Positions 57,201 through 64,000 of a stretch of DNA of 64,000 bases are shown piece by piece. The stretch covers positions 31,064,001 to 31,128,000 of the forward strand of contig NC_087245.1 in NCBI RefSeq assembly GCF_037042905.1. Direction: 5' to 3'. Made by a program: the position numbers and the translations under genes. This stretch comes from Lytechinus pictus (Eukaryota). The notes beneath the pieces are model-generated. The model searched no databases. It saw nothing but the letters and a program-made list of their open reading frames with translations, and had not been told where the DNA came from. Every line of letters begins with the position of its first letter. Positions within the stretch are counted from its first letter, which is position 1.

Positions 57201-60200
57201 GTTTTATTATTCCACTGCCAGACGATTCATCAACAGCCTTTGATGACATAATACCATTTAATTTTCAATTGCATTTTATATATTTGAACAAATGGTGTAA
57301 AGAGATATTGTTGTTTTGTTTCATTTTTAAAGAATCATTTACATATGAACTAAAATTTCTCAACTCAAGTTAACCATTTAGCAACAAGTAAACTCGATGT
57401 ACATACTTTGTTAACCTGAATCAATAACACATTTATATAGAAATCTGAAACTCCAAATGATTACAAGTAACATATGCTTTCATTCTTCAATATTCTTCAA
57501 ACTTTACCATTCCTCTAAATAGGCAAAACAAGACAGGCTATAGATAAGAGAATAATTGTGTATGCTGTAATTCAGTGAGGAAATTACCCCTAATTGAAAA
57601 ATATGATAATCTAGATCAAATTATTGAATCATCTGAAATAATGACTTTGCAGTTGTTGGTTTTTGTCGCAAAATATTGATTATTGAATTACTCTGCAAGA
57701 GTTTGGACACTTTAAGGAAAATAGTCTCCAAACTAGTTGCTCCTGAATGAAATTATGATATATGATGCCTTGAAAAAAATATTTATTATGCATACAAATA
57801 GAACAATAATAAAGTCAAAGTTTTGACAGATGATGTGTGCCATACAGAAGAGTTAATTTAGACAAATTTTCAGAGTAATTTTTGATAATTTTATTGAATA
57901 TGTTTAGCATTTCAATAAAACTTTATTCCATTGAAGAAATCCTGATAAGTTTAGTATCATCTACTACATGTATATTTTGTAATCCAAACCTTTATTAGAT
58001 ATCAAAAAGATTATGAAAAACAAATTGATAAAAGCCTACAAACAGCTATGTCAAACATGAATTGTCAAACATGTCCTTTATACTAGGATGAAATAATTTT
58101 CTTTGAAAACCTACAAATTTGTTATGATGGAATTTTTTTCCCTAATGCAAAATATTAAAACTTTCAAAATGTCTTTTACGTCCTATACAGCATCAATTTA
58201 ATCTTCAAAGCTTGAATTGAATCTGAATTCTCTAATTCATATTGGTCAAATTCAGGATCTATGAATTCCAATAAGCCTAAGGATTGACTTTGAATCTTAG
58301 GCTATTCTGGTATGTCATCTTGAAATGATCAAAATCATTTGCTGTAAAATTATTTTTTCACCTTCTTTCCAAATGATGATGGCAAGATGGCCTTTTCATA
58401 TAATCAAGGTCAAAATTTTAACTCTTGCAAGCCCTCTATATAACAGAAAGAACTCAAATAACAGAACATTTTGAAATAATTTGGGAAGCAACTCGTTGAT
58501 AGATGTGTAAGTTTTCTAAACCCTAGAACATTGCACATGTATTGTTTTTTTATTATCAAACAGCTGTTTCTACAGACACAAATTGAAGTAATTGAACACA
58601 ATTTAAAACGTATTTTCTAAAATCAACGTTTATTTTCTCAAGTTAACACCTACTGTATTACAGCCTTTGAGAAAACAGGCCAGAGAGATCCAAAGATCTG
58701 CATCACCATCACACTGCCTCGAATCTGACGTGTTTCTAATAAATGAAAATAAAACCATTTCACAGCAACACCTATGTGGACTACTCCAGATGTGTGGGTG
58801 CATAATCGTGTGTTATAATTTCTTCACGTGTTTTTCCTCAACTCAACCAACACTGCAAACCTCACTATTTCAAAAGAATTCAATAATCTGATTCCGGTAT
58901 CAGCAAATTCAAACTATTCCCCAAACCACTCCCTTGGAATTATCCTTTTCCTTCACGACGCTCCAGCATCGAGGGAGGGAGGGAGCGCGGAGGTAGGCTT
59001 CGGGCGAGCCGAAGGGGAGAGGGTGAAAATAAAAGAAGTGACTTTTGGGAGAGCCGAAGGGGAGGAGAAGATGAAAGAGAATAGGTAAACTGAGGGAGGA
59101 GCTGGTGGTGCCCAGTACTTACGTGTGACCATTAGGGAGAAGACACGCTCGTCCTTGCCGTGCTCGTTCTCGAGCTTGCAGGAGAACTTTCCAGAGTCCA
59201 TCGAGTCGGCATTCTTTATCGCCAGAGAGTGGACCCTCGTCTTTTCATTGTACTTCACCTGCAATTGGAAAAGCATGGTTTGATAAATGTATCAAGAATA
59301 TGATCATAACCATAACCAGAACAACGTTTGGTATCTCATGAACAATTGTACATTATAAAATACACATTCATTCGTTCATTGCATTTAGTTTTGGATAAAT
59401 CCCGCTGTTTCAATTGCTGTATAAATAAAATATTCTTTGAAAATATAAAGGGAGTCATTTTATCCAAGCAATTCTTCCTCATTACCAAATGCCCCAAAAT
59501 ACATGCCCGTAGGTAGTTTCTCCAAAGGTGCCATCAACACATAAATCTTTAAAACCTTAATCTCCTTCCTCTATACTTATTATTTGTGCTTTTTATATGG
59601 TTCCATGACATTTGCTCCGGCGACAATCGCTCCGCACTAAATTCCACACACTATATAAATGACCAACTTCAACCCTTGGTTTAACACTACACCCTACCCT
59701 AAACCTAACATAAAACACTACTGCAACCCTAACCCTGCAGCTTAGATGAAATTAAAGGTCAAGTCCACCCTATAAAAATGTTGATTTGAATCGATTAGGG
59801 AAAAATCAAACAAGCATAACGCTGAAAATTTCATCAAATCGGATGTAAAATAAGAAAGTTAGGACATTTTTAAGTTTCGCTTATTTTTCACAGAACAGTT
59901 ATATGCACAACTCAATGACATGCAAATGAGAGAGTCGATGATGTCCATCACTCACTATTTCTTTTGTTTCTTATTGTTTGAAATATAGAATATTTCAATT
60001 TTTACAGATTTGACAATGAGGACCAACTTGACTGATTCATAAAATGTTAAGGCGAAGGTAATTCCACATGTTCAGGGAGGAATGAAACTTTGTTTCAAGG
60101 ACAATGAGAAAATGGGAATATATCATACTTCATATAATGAAATACAAAAGAAATAGTGAGTGAGTGATGTCATCAGCTCCCTCATTTGCACACTGAACAG

Positions 60201-61261
60201 GATGTGCATATAACTGTTTTGTGAAATTAAGTGAAACTTAAAAATATCATTATTAACTTTCTTATTTTACAACCGATTTTGATGAAATTTTCAGTGTTGG
60301 ATTTTTCTGTTTTTATTCAAGTCAACTCTTTGTTGGGGTGGACTTGTCCTTTAAGCCTGGAGCAAATTTCGTGTCACCATTTATACATCTGTAGAAAATT
60401 TATATACTGCCAATTATCTAACTGTCATGGTTGCAATAAATATCTAAATGAATAAAAAAAAAATCATAAATAAACACTTACAGCATATCTTCCCTTCATT
60501 CCATCTTTGATCTCGTTCTTTCCTTTGAACCACTTGACTGATGGGGTAGGTTCACCAGCAACCATGGCTTCAAATTTCACATTCTGACCTGTATGGTATA
60601 AAGGAAAACATCATGTTCATGAAAGGCTACATACATATATTTGGATCCTCCTGAAAATTTTCTACAGTATTTGACCTGTCTATTAAGGCCAAATGGGAGA
60701 CAATAATTACAGGCAACGAAACACAGGTTTTCACTACAGACAGGTAGAGGCTCAGACGGGTTTGACTGTATTAAATATACATGCAGCTATTACAGAGTAT
60801 ATGCATTAGGGAACTCTTGATTTTACAACCTAGCCCATGATGTACATTCAGTTTTACCTTTACCGATTTCTCCTCTAGCTCCATACGCAGTTAGAATGAG
60901 AAAGACGGTAACAATGGGGCCTGGGCACTTTTAAATGGGGGGGGGGGGGAAATGACCCCATATTTATATTAATTTCTTCTTTGAATATAAAACAAAGAGT
61001 ATTACTTAGGTTCATGACCAAGCTATCTCTATCTCTCTCTCTCTTCCTTTGTCAATCTTTCATTCTACATTTTTCTTTATGCATCACATGATCTAATCAT
61101 TAGAGGGTCAACCACGCCCCCTTCCTATAGTGCACCCCCCCCTTTTGATCCTATACACTATTCATCCATGTTCTTACCTTCGGGAGTGGAGCATTTACTG
61201 GGTGTCTCAACAAAGTACGGTGAGATATCAACTGGACCCTTGTCCTTCTTCTTTCTCTTTC
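108..61261 (-). CDS. Partial multi-exon gene: giant Ig/FN3 sarcomeric protein (twitchin/projectin/titin-like; N-terminal part reminiscent of IGFN1/MyBP-C); both ends lie outside the window
   Basis: About 40 GC-richer exons with GT-AG ends that splice in frame. Repeated FN3 signatures (P..PG.P...W..P..DGG..I.GY.VEK...W...L..G..Y.FRV.A.N..G), I-set Ig signatures (G.P.P...W.K, D.G.Y) and a DFRALLKHR...PDWGDLK linker. Confidence 0.95.
871..1021 (-). CDS. Exon, FN3 C-terminal half (VNDYNVKETTLPVSNLRDTAEYEFRVFAKNKAGKSSPS...)
   Basis: cag/gtaagt, YEFRV.A.N.AG motif. Confidence 0.9.
1065..1490. repeat. Degenerate (CAT/CAC)n trinucleotide microsatellite
   Basis: Directly visible; source of spurious poly-H/I/S/M ORFs. 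Confidence 0.95.
1513..1661 (-). CDS. Exon, FN3 N-terminal half (DPPEAPGKPTADEVDRGFVRLSWTAPEADGGSPIIGYIVEKK...)
   Basis: tag/gtaag, FN3 motif. Confidence 0.9.
2045..2347 (-). CDS. Exon, complete FN3 domain (DKPSAPEGPL...KDPF)
   Basis: cag/gtaac, phase 1-1; overlaps ORF 1956..2234. Confidence 0.92.
2842..4209 (+). pseudogene. 5'-truncated PLE ORF: reverse transcriptase plus GIY-YIG endonuclease
   Basis: RT motifs SYDVTALFTSVP, QIHGAAMGSPISP, RYVDD, FLD, VYRKPT; endonuclease motifs GPIYLIPC...C..SYIEET.R...KEAIYI...LNRDGG. ORF part 2596-2841 is host flank plus inverted pLTR. Confidence 0.88.
4221..4271 (+). ncRNA. Minimal type I hammerhead ribozyme motif in the PLE pLTR (inverted copy at 2766-2816, minus strand)
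   Basis: CUGACGA(A) core, stem II GGUUGC-aguua-GCAGCC, GAAA, palindromic AAUU stem III, imperfect stem I gucacaucg/cgagguaac. Confidence 0.7.
4502..4625 (-). CDS. Exon, Ig C-terminal half (DTELSTIMVNSEAERGDAGTYAVTFNNEKGTDTATVRIIVV)
   Basis: tag/gtgagt, D.G.Y motif. Confidence 0.9.
5493..5662 (-). CDS. Exon, Ig N-terminal half (VKPKVDSSCRNREIIAVAGEKFRVEISFESSPPPNITWS...ITFE)
   Basis: tag acceptor, weak gtctgg donor, phase fits the next exon. Confidence 0.85.
6535..6630 (-). CDS. Exon, FN3 C-terminal part (GTSYEFRVKAVNEAGPGKPS...)
   Basis: tag/gtaat. Confidence 0.9.
7314..7520 (-). CDS. Exon, FN3 N-terminal part (DPPGMPSQPEV...FKLAE)
   Basis: cag/gtata. Confidence 0.9.
7727..7812. repeat. 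Short (GAT/GGT)n tract, an inverted copy of part of the 1065-1490 microsatellite
   Basis: Shares the variant units ctaccattatctttaccatcatcaataccatc in reverse complement. Confidence 0.8.
8607..8903 (-). CDS. Exon, complete FN3 (EPDLPQGPVQASDITPDSV...AKNPF)
   Basis: cag/gtgagt, phase 1-1. Confidence 0.92.
9595..9876 (-). CDS. Exon, complete Ig (ERPKLDIGNLEDIKVKGGEKF...VKVTVL)
   Basis: cag/gtacgt; ORF 9587..9916. Confidence 0.92.
10119..10278. mobile_element. Short MITE, TIR ggggagygtttcat...atgaaacgctcccc; close relative at about 21302-21460
   Basis: Terminal inverted repeats; shared internal sequence (gacaagttgtcaga...gattggctgag). Confidence 0.7.
10757..10907 (-). CDS. Exon, FN3 C-terminal half (CLEVSPKEESAEVPDLIEGEELEFRVRANNEECPG...)
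   Basis: cag/gtttac. Confidence 0.87.
11741..11901 (-). CDS. Exon, FN3 N-terminal half (PADAPGRPTLEKVTKDSATISWSKPVSDGGAPIKGY...)
   Basis: cag/gtaagt. Confidence 0.9.
12461..12763 (-). CDS. Exon, complete FN3 (DEPDAPPAPKIDGM...AKDPI)
   Basis: tag/gtaag. Confidence 0.92.
13064..13363 (-). CDS. Exon, complete FN3 (DRPTAPQGPIEYSEF...KLPF)
   Basis: tag/gtaag. Confidence 0.92.
13582..13869 (-). CDS. Exon, complete Ig (EAPKIDTSGFGLGDLRVKAG...SVVVL)
   Basis: cag/gtgag. Confidence 0.92.
14396..14508. mobile_element. Short MITE, TIR ggggcctgtttcat...atgaaacaggcccc (Harbinger-like ends); relatives at about 7936-8072, 25420-25566, 46078-46225, 52604-52730, 61451-61598
   Basis: Perfect 14-bp TIR; the relatives share a recurring agccaatca core. 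Confidence 0.7.
14541..14843 (-). CDS. Exon, complete FN3 (EAPASPGKPRIPTYDKT...AKAQY)
   Basis: cag/gttagt. Confidence 0.92.
15334..15636 (-). CDS. Exon, complete FN3 (DRPSPPRGPLEISEVYAD...AKNPY)
   Basis: cag/gtaagt. Confidence 0.92.
15984..16265 (-). CDS. Exon, complete Ig (ARPELKGDKLRDVKIKAGQEF...SVVVQ)
   Basis: cag/gtaag. Confidence 0.92.
16599..16904 (-). CDS. Exon, complete FN3 (DEPSAPGVPEVVDYDRDF...KPKF)
   Basis: cag/gtgagt. Confidence 0.92.
17165..17670 (-). mobile_element. 5'-truncated non-LTR retrotransposon (L2/CR1-group) 3' end
   Basis: KLQYAQNTAARVL...HISPILQKLH.LPI..RI...APKYL...RSLRS...RAFS..AP.WN.L resembles the ORF2 C-terminus of this group; (TTA)n tail near 17165-17176. 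Confidence 0.8.
18352..18466 (-). CDS. Exon, FN3 C-terminal part (VTRLVEGTEYMFRVAAENSEGVS...AKNPY)
   Basis: tag/gtatgt. Confidence 0.9.
18841..19028 (-). CDS. Exon, FN3 N-terminal part (DKPMQPKAPLEITDVFSE...DTTLK)
   Basis: cag/gtacgt. Confidence 0.9.
19074..19285 (+). mobile_element. Degenerate tRNA-derived SINE
   Basis: A-box tggctcaatggtagagc and B-box-like ggtttgatccc followed by a non-tRNA body. Confidence 0.6.
19758..20000. repeat. Tandem repeat, about 85-bp unit x3 (gcaattagaccaaat...)
   Basis: Visible repeated units. Confidence 0.75.
20081..20210 (-). CDS. Exon, Ig C-terminal half (MRSTPVETELSTWGATRGDSGGYTVTVQNPYG...)
   Basis: cag/gtaag. Confidence 0.9.
20613..20764 (-). CDS. Exon, Ig N-terminal half (PPKLELKNMRDQTVKAGQTFKLNLKFSGTPYPTAKW...)
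   Basis: cag/gtact. Confidence 0.9.
21579..21690 (-). CDS. Exon, FN3 C-terminal part (VPAEEGEDYDLRVVAENEAGLSQPS...KDPE)
   Basis: tag/gtaagt. Confidence 0.88.
22121..22308 (-). CDS. Exon, FN3 N-terminal part (DPASSPGDLVVGDITKD...GTKFT)
   Basis: cag/gtaagt. Confidence 0.9.
22365..22610. repeat. AT-rich tandem repeat, about 85-90-bp unit x3
   Basis: Repeated tatgcaatataat...tttgaaaagtgagatatgtt. Confidence 0.8.
23075..23182 (-). CDS. Exon, FN3 C-terminal part (GLTQGSEYQFRVSAINKVGTSEPS...)
   Basis: aag/gtgagt. Confidence 0.88.
23769..23963 (-). CDS. Exon, FN3 N-terminal part (EPPDAPDAPKVIATANGCISLEWSKPGFDGGRPITGY...)
   Basis: cag/gtgagt. Confidence 0.9.
24070..24585. repeat. Degenerate minisatellite, about 21-bp unit (accatcaagaatatcaccacc)
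   Basis: Visible periodicity. Confidence 0.85.
24627..24777 (-). CDS. Exon, FN3 C-terminal half (VAESRVRDKTYQVTGLTEGKEYLFQVSAVNSVG...)
   Basis: cag/gtaag. Confidence 0.9.
24982..25309. mobile_element. MITE, TIR ccc.cattccacaga...tctgtggaatg.ggg with internal gaaagacc repeats
   Basis: Terminal inverted repeat visible. Confidence 0.65.
25707..25855 (-). CDS. Exon, N-terminal half of the first FN3 (DLPGSPTDVKVTAYNEETVTLTWEAPKDDGDSPVSHY...)
   Basis: cag/gtaag; absent from the ORF track. Confidence 0.9.
26432..26713 (-). CDS. Exon, complete Ig (EKPSLKTDTLKDVTANAGEQV...KVKII)
   Basis: cag/gtaagt. Confidence 0.92.
30358..30366 (-). CDS. Candidate 9-nt microexon (A-K-P)
   Basis: ctcag|CTAAGCCAG|gtaagtc, phase 1-1 like its flanking exons; weak pyrimidine tract. 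Confidence 0.45.
31017..32647. mobile_element. Foldback-type non-autonomous DNA transposon, TIR taggagtgggctat, 7-bp TSD ttactag
   Basis: Long inverted arms about 31100-31490 / 32188-32575 and 31535-31590 / 31995-32055; TSD at 31010-31016 and 32648-32654. Confidence 0.85.
34068..34337 (-). CDS. Exon, complete Ig (EAPSMSAKLDPMSEVFAGEDFEL...LKIQ)
   Basis: cag/gtagg. Confidence 0.92.
34742..34910 (-). CDS. Exon, Ig C-terminal part (VEWTKDGKPF...DKGKYTCKFG...)
   Basis: cag/gtgagt. Confidence 0.9.
35541..35635 (-). CDS. Exon, Ig N-terminal part (AKPKFLQELKDISIVEKRTGVLECEITDAEAK)
   Basis: tag/gtatt. Confidence 0.88.
36262..36540 (-). CDS. Exon, complete Ig (SKPKIDFITLIKTVEVDEGADAKY...LLVK)
   Basis: cag/gtgggt. 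Confidence 0.9.
36900..37200. repeat. Tandem repeat, about 95-bp unit x3 (attgattacacatactgat...)
   Basis: Visible repeated units. Confidence 0.7.
39709..39763 (-). CDS. Candidate 55-nt cassette exon MSEPEYRKLQKQGLMPKD (phase 0-1)
   Basis: gcacag|ATG...GAC G|gtaggc; GC-richer than flanks; C/T-rich upstream tract. Confidence 0.6.
41221..41243 (-). CDS. Candidate 23-nt microexon (N)YQTFARR (phase 1-0)
   Basis: gatag|ATTATCAAACTTTCGCTCGAAGG|gtatga; phase complements the 55-nt exon. Confidence 0.55.
42913..43180 (-). CDS. Exon, complete Ig (PVQIVMPLKDVKVNEKEGRMKLMCE...KVTID)
   Basis: tag/gtaagt, phase 0-1. Confidence 0.92.
43576..43654 (-). CDS. Linker exon EVERRESKVAEPDWGDLKETPGLKAK (phase 2-0)
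   Basis: tag/gtaac; DWG.LK motif. Confidence 0.85.
43916..44783. mobile_element. Non-autonomous DNA element: about 160-bp terminal palindrome (43916-44075) plus 14-bp inverted repeat ttatatccctctta (44077-44090 / 44770-44783)
   Basis: Inverted repeats directly visible; interrupts a degenerate GTT/GAT-rich tract. Confidence 0.65.
45305..45485 (-). mobile_element. SINE fragment; a related 3' piece lies at about 40045-40150
   Basis: Both loci share ttaggtgct..aggc.ctcctatat.accc.ggctaagctagtc. Confidence 0.55.
45506..45554 (-). CDS. Linker exon EKAQSDELDFRALLKHR (phase 1-2)
   Basis: cag/gtgag; DFRxLLK motif; phase joins the 43654 exon. Confidence 0.88.
49197..49626. mobile_element. MITE with an imperfect TIR of about 35 bp (agcccccatca.acttattc..aatca), Harbinger-like
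   Basis: TIRs visible, TTA-type flanks. Confidence 0.75.
51146..51154 (-). CDS. Candidate 9-nt microexon GCAACAGAG (phase 1-1; x-N-R)
   Basis: ccctgcctgcag|GCAACAGAG|gtatat, preceded by a long C/U-rich tract. Confidence 0.45.
52767..52923. mobile_element. Internally deleted copy of the TTAA-flanked MITE at 59756-60350
   Basis: ttaa|aggtaaagtcca...tggacttgtcct|ttaa. Confidence 0.75.
55166..55195 (-). CDS. Candidate 30-nt acidic microexon (L)EGEEDEEGE (phase 1-1)
   Basis: ctctcag|TCGAAGGGGAAGAGGATGAAGAAGGAGAAG|gtacaa; purine-rich, frame-preserving. Confidence 0.6.
59123..59258 (-). CDS. Exon, Ig C-terminal half (VKYNEKTRVHSLAIKNADSMDSGKFSCKLENEHGKDERVFSLMVT)
   Basis: cag/gtaagt, phase 0-1. 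Confidence 0.9.
59756..60350. mobile_element. Kolobok-like MITE (AGG...CCT ends, TTAA TSD) nested in an older TIR element (about 59598-60380)
   Basis: ttaa|aggtcaagtccacc...ggtggacttgtcct|ttaa; outer inverted repeat atttgctcc / ggagcaaat. Confidence 0.75.
60482..60588 (-). CDS. Exon, Ig middle (GQNVKFEAMVAGEPTPSVKWFKGKNEIKDGMKGRYA)
   Basis: cag/gtaagt. Confidence 0.9.
61178..61261 (-). CDS. Exon, basic stretch plus Ig start (KRKKKDKGPVDISPYFVETPSKCSTPE)
   Basis: cag/gtaag, phase 1-1. Confidence 0.85.
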
Positions 61262-64000
61262 CTGTAGAACAGAGGCAGTATAGGAACACGTTAGAAAATA
61301 TTCACAAGGATATACAGGGAGATTATTTGGAATTTAAGGAGATGGAACATCCACCCCACCCCCCCCTTCCCAAAATATTTCAGAAGTAAACAATGTAAAA
61401 CAGTTGAATTGAATTCAAAGCTGTATGTACGAACTACACTATAGAGACCAGGGGCCCGTTGCAGAAAAGAGTTGCGATCAAATGCAACTTAAAAAATCTT
61501 GCGCAACTTGACTTTCAGCCAATAAAGCACCCGTATTCGTGACTTTCGCTTGATATTTTGACTTGCTTTGAAATGCAACTCTTTCGGCAACAGGCCCCAG
61601 GAAAGTGGCCTTTATAAGCTGGTGATTTCTTTCAACAGGTTTACTGGAAGACATTGTGTTTCAATGGTGGAATATCATTAAAGGGAATCAAACTGAGTGG
61701 TCTTTATAGGCAGTTGATTGCTAAAGCAGGTACAGTATTACTGTAATATAAATTCAAAATATTAAAAAAAATTAACAAAAAAAAGGAGAATTCAAAGCAT
61801 CATGGTATATGTCCCTACTGAAATATCTTTATGGACCTAAAATGTGAGAAATGTATTCCCAATTATAAAAGTGAATACATAATTCAAATATTTATTGTAA
61901 GATTTTGCAGTGTAATTGATTGATTGTTCCTTTTATAATTACAAGCTTTCAAATGAGATGAATTGAAGAAATATTAGATCTAGACTATATCACCTCTGGA
62001 CTGTGGAAGAATATTCTTTCTTTTTTTTGCCATTGTGATATCTTGCATTAGCATTACAAAGGAGGGAGGAGGTATAAATGGAAATGTGTGACATTTATTT
62101 TGTTAGAATCAAAATGCATCTAACAGGGGGAGTTCTTACACTGTGCTGTGCTACAAGCAAAACCTAAATAAATGGAATATAATGTGTGCAGAAATTCAAT
62201 ACCATTGATAGATTCAACTAGAATTATTTTATACTATACCATGTGTCATTCAATAAAAGCATAATATCAACACTAATAGAAATAGTGAAAATGAACAAAA
62301 GAAATATCAGCACAGCAATCAAGACATGCAAAGCAAACTTAAAAGCAAAATACAACAAGTATTACACCTTGAAAACAACTTATATGGATCCACGAACAAG
62401 TCACTTATATATAGAAAGATAATCATTTCCTGTACAGAAACTGTTTTGATTACATAATCTTCCAGATTTCAGTGAATGAGAAAATATACAGTTTCAACAT
62501 ACTGATGAATATGACTAAAAATAAAAAAATGTCAATAAAGAAGTGATAAAATCAAGTTACTGAAAGTTTCATTATCATTGATTTCGAAGTGTTGTTTTTA
62601 AACACTTTGATCATTTTCTTGAATTTTAAACCAGATAACAAAAATAATATGACAAGGGAATGGAAATAAAGGAAATACTGAATAATTATTTTTGTAGCTT
62701 GAAAACTATGGCAAACTTGTGAATCAATGTTTTTTTTTATGTTTAATCATGATCAAAAACAAAATAAAGTCTTATTTCATTACTTGGATATTCATCACTT
62801 TACCATTATACTATTGGTAAATCACGAGCTAAAACTTAAGAAATTTGGCAACAACAATTAAAACAATTTTTCTTCCATCTGTTCTATTTTTGCTTGTTTG
62901 GATAGAGGTTTCGAGGGGTTGTCGTTTTGGGTTTGTTTTGTTTTGGGGAGGGGATGTACTAGCATGACTAATGGCCAATTTTCCTTTCAATAGCTATTCA
63001 GTGGTGGCATATCACTATAGACTAAAGTACACAAATCTGTGCTGGAAAATGGTGCTTAATAATTATAAAAGCACAAAACAATAATATGTCAAACCGAATC
63101 TACACGGCTCTATACTCTAGAGTGGAATGTATCTCCTGGGCCCTGTAACATGAAGCTTAGCGATTGATCATTGGGCTGATTTCTATGATTGATGGCACTG
63201 ATTATTGTATGTGATTGATCATATAATTCAGCACAACGATCAATCACTAAGCTTTGTGATACCGGGCCCCATAGATTTTGAACATGTTATCATTCTGTGT
63301 CTTTACTTCTCAGCAAAAATGGTGTGAAGTGCCTTGCATGAGCGAAACACGAGTTCTAACTACATGTACTTTCAACCTGAACTAATGCAAGCTCCTCATC
63401 TTCAGATGAGGAAATAAAAATTACGAAAATGCACTGTTCTGTTAAAAAGAATGGTCATTGTATTGTAATCCAATTAGGGCAACGATGGCAACTTGGTTTT
63501 CTTAAGATAGGGGAGGCTAGGTCTAATTGACCATATACTACCCTGTCACAGACATGCTGGAAAATTGCTACATCTGAATGTGTATCTAATTATTATTGTT
63601 TTAAGTGGCAACTTAAATGCATTAATGACCAAGTCCAAATTATGTTCACTTCCAAGGTGTTAATGAAAGGCTTTTATTAAGTCTGTTTTAATGAAATGAT
63701 CTCTGTACATGCTTCTAAATGTATTATTCTAATTTGAGATTGCAGTAAAATTTAGAGGTGGTATGTTGTGACCATAAGCTTGGACCTGGACTAAAGTAAA
63801 TCTACCAAGTGTCATTTTCATAAACTTTTTTCCCCCTTTCATGCAGCTTTAAGGCAAAAAATCTATGGCAAATTATTCAGCAAGCATGGGATCGCTACAA
63901 CAAAGGAAATTGCGTTGTGCAATGAAAATGGTGAAAATTGTGAAGAGTGCTGGGGAATATCGCTGAGACAAAGGACATTGCTTTGTGAAAAGAAAAGGGT

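Noticed and set aside
61994..62000. 7-nt microexon cag|TCCAGAG|gtgata
   Set aside because: Not frame-neutral, and the upstream exon phase is unknown because no upstream exon was found in the window

Overview
AT-rich, intron-rich animal genomic DNA; the repeat style suggests a marine invertebrate, possibly an echinoderm (inference only). The whole window lies inside one minus-strand gene encoding a giant Ig/FN3 muscle protein of the twitchin/projectin/titin superfamily. About 40 exons were read by hand, with GT-AG boundaries and compatible phases. Neither gene end is in the window. Domain order 5'->3': Ig - linker (DFRALLKHR...RRES...PDWGDLK) - Ig - Ig - Ig - Ig - Ig - FN3x3 - Ig - FN3x2 - [Ig-FN3x2-Ig-FN3x3] x2 (last FN3 truncated). 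The long introns of the Ig/linker region hide candidate microexons (9, 9, 23, 30, 55 nt). The 23+55 nt pair keeps frame only together and builds a PKA-type site (RR|MS) across its junction. The 30-nt exon is complementary, largely via G-U wobbles, to two tandem intronic elements 3.8 kb upstream. Introns also hold a young 5'-truncated/inverted Penelope-like retroelement (RT + GIY-YIG, 12-bp TSD, inverted pLTRs carrying a minimal hammerhead motif and an intron), a 1.6-kb foldback transposon, many MITEs, SINE/LINE fragments and micro/minisatellites.
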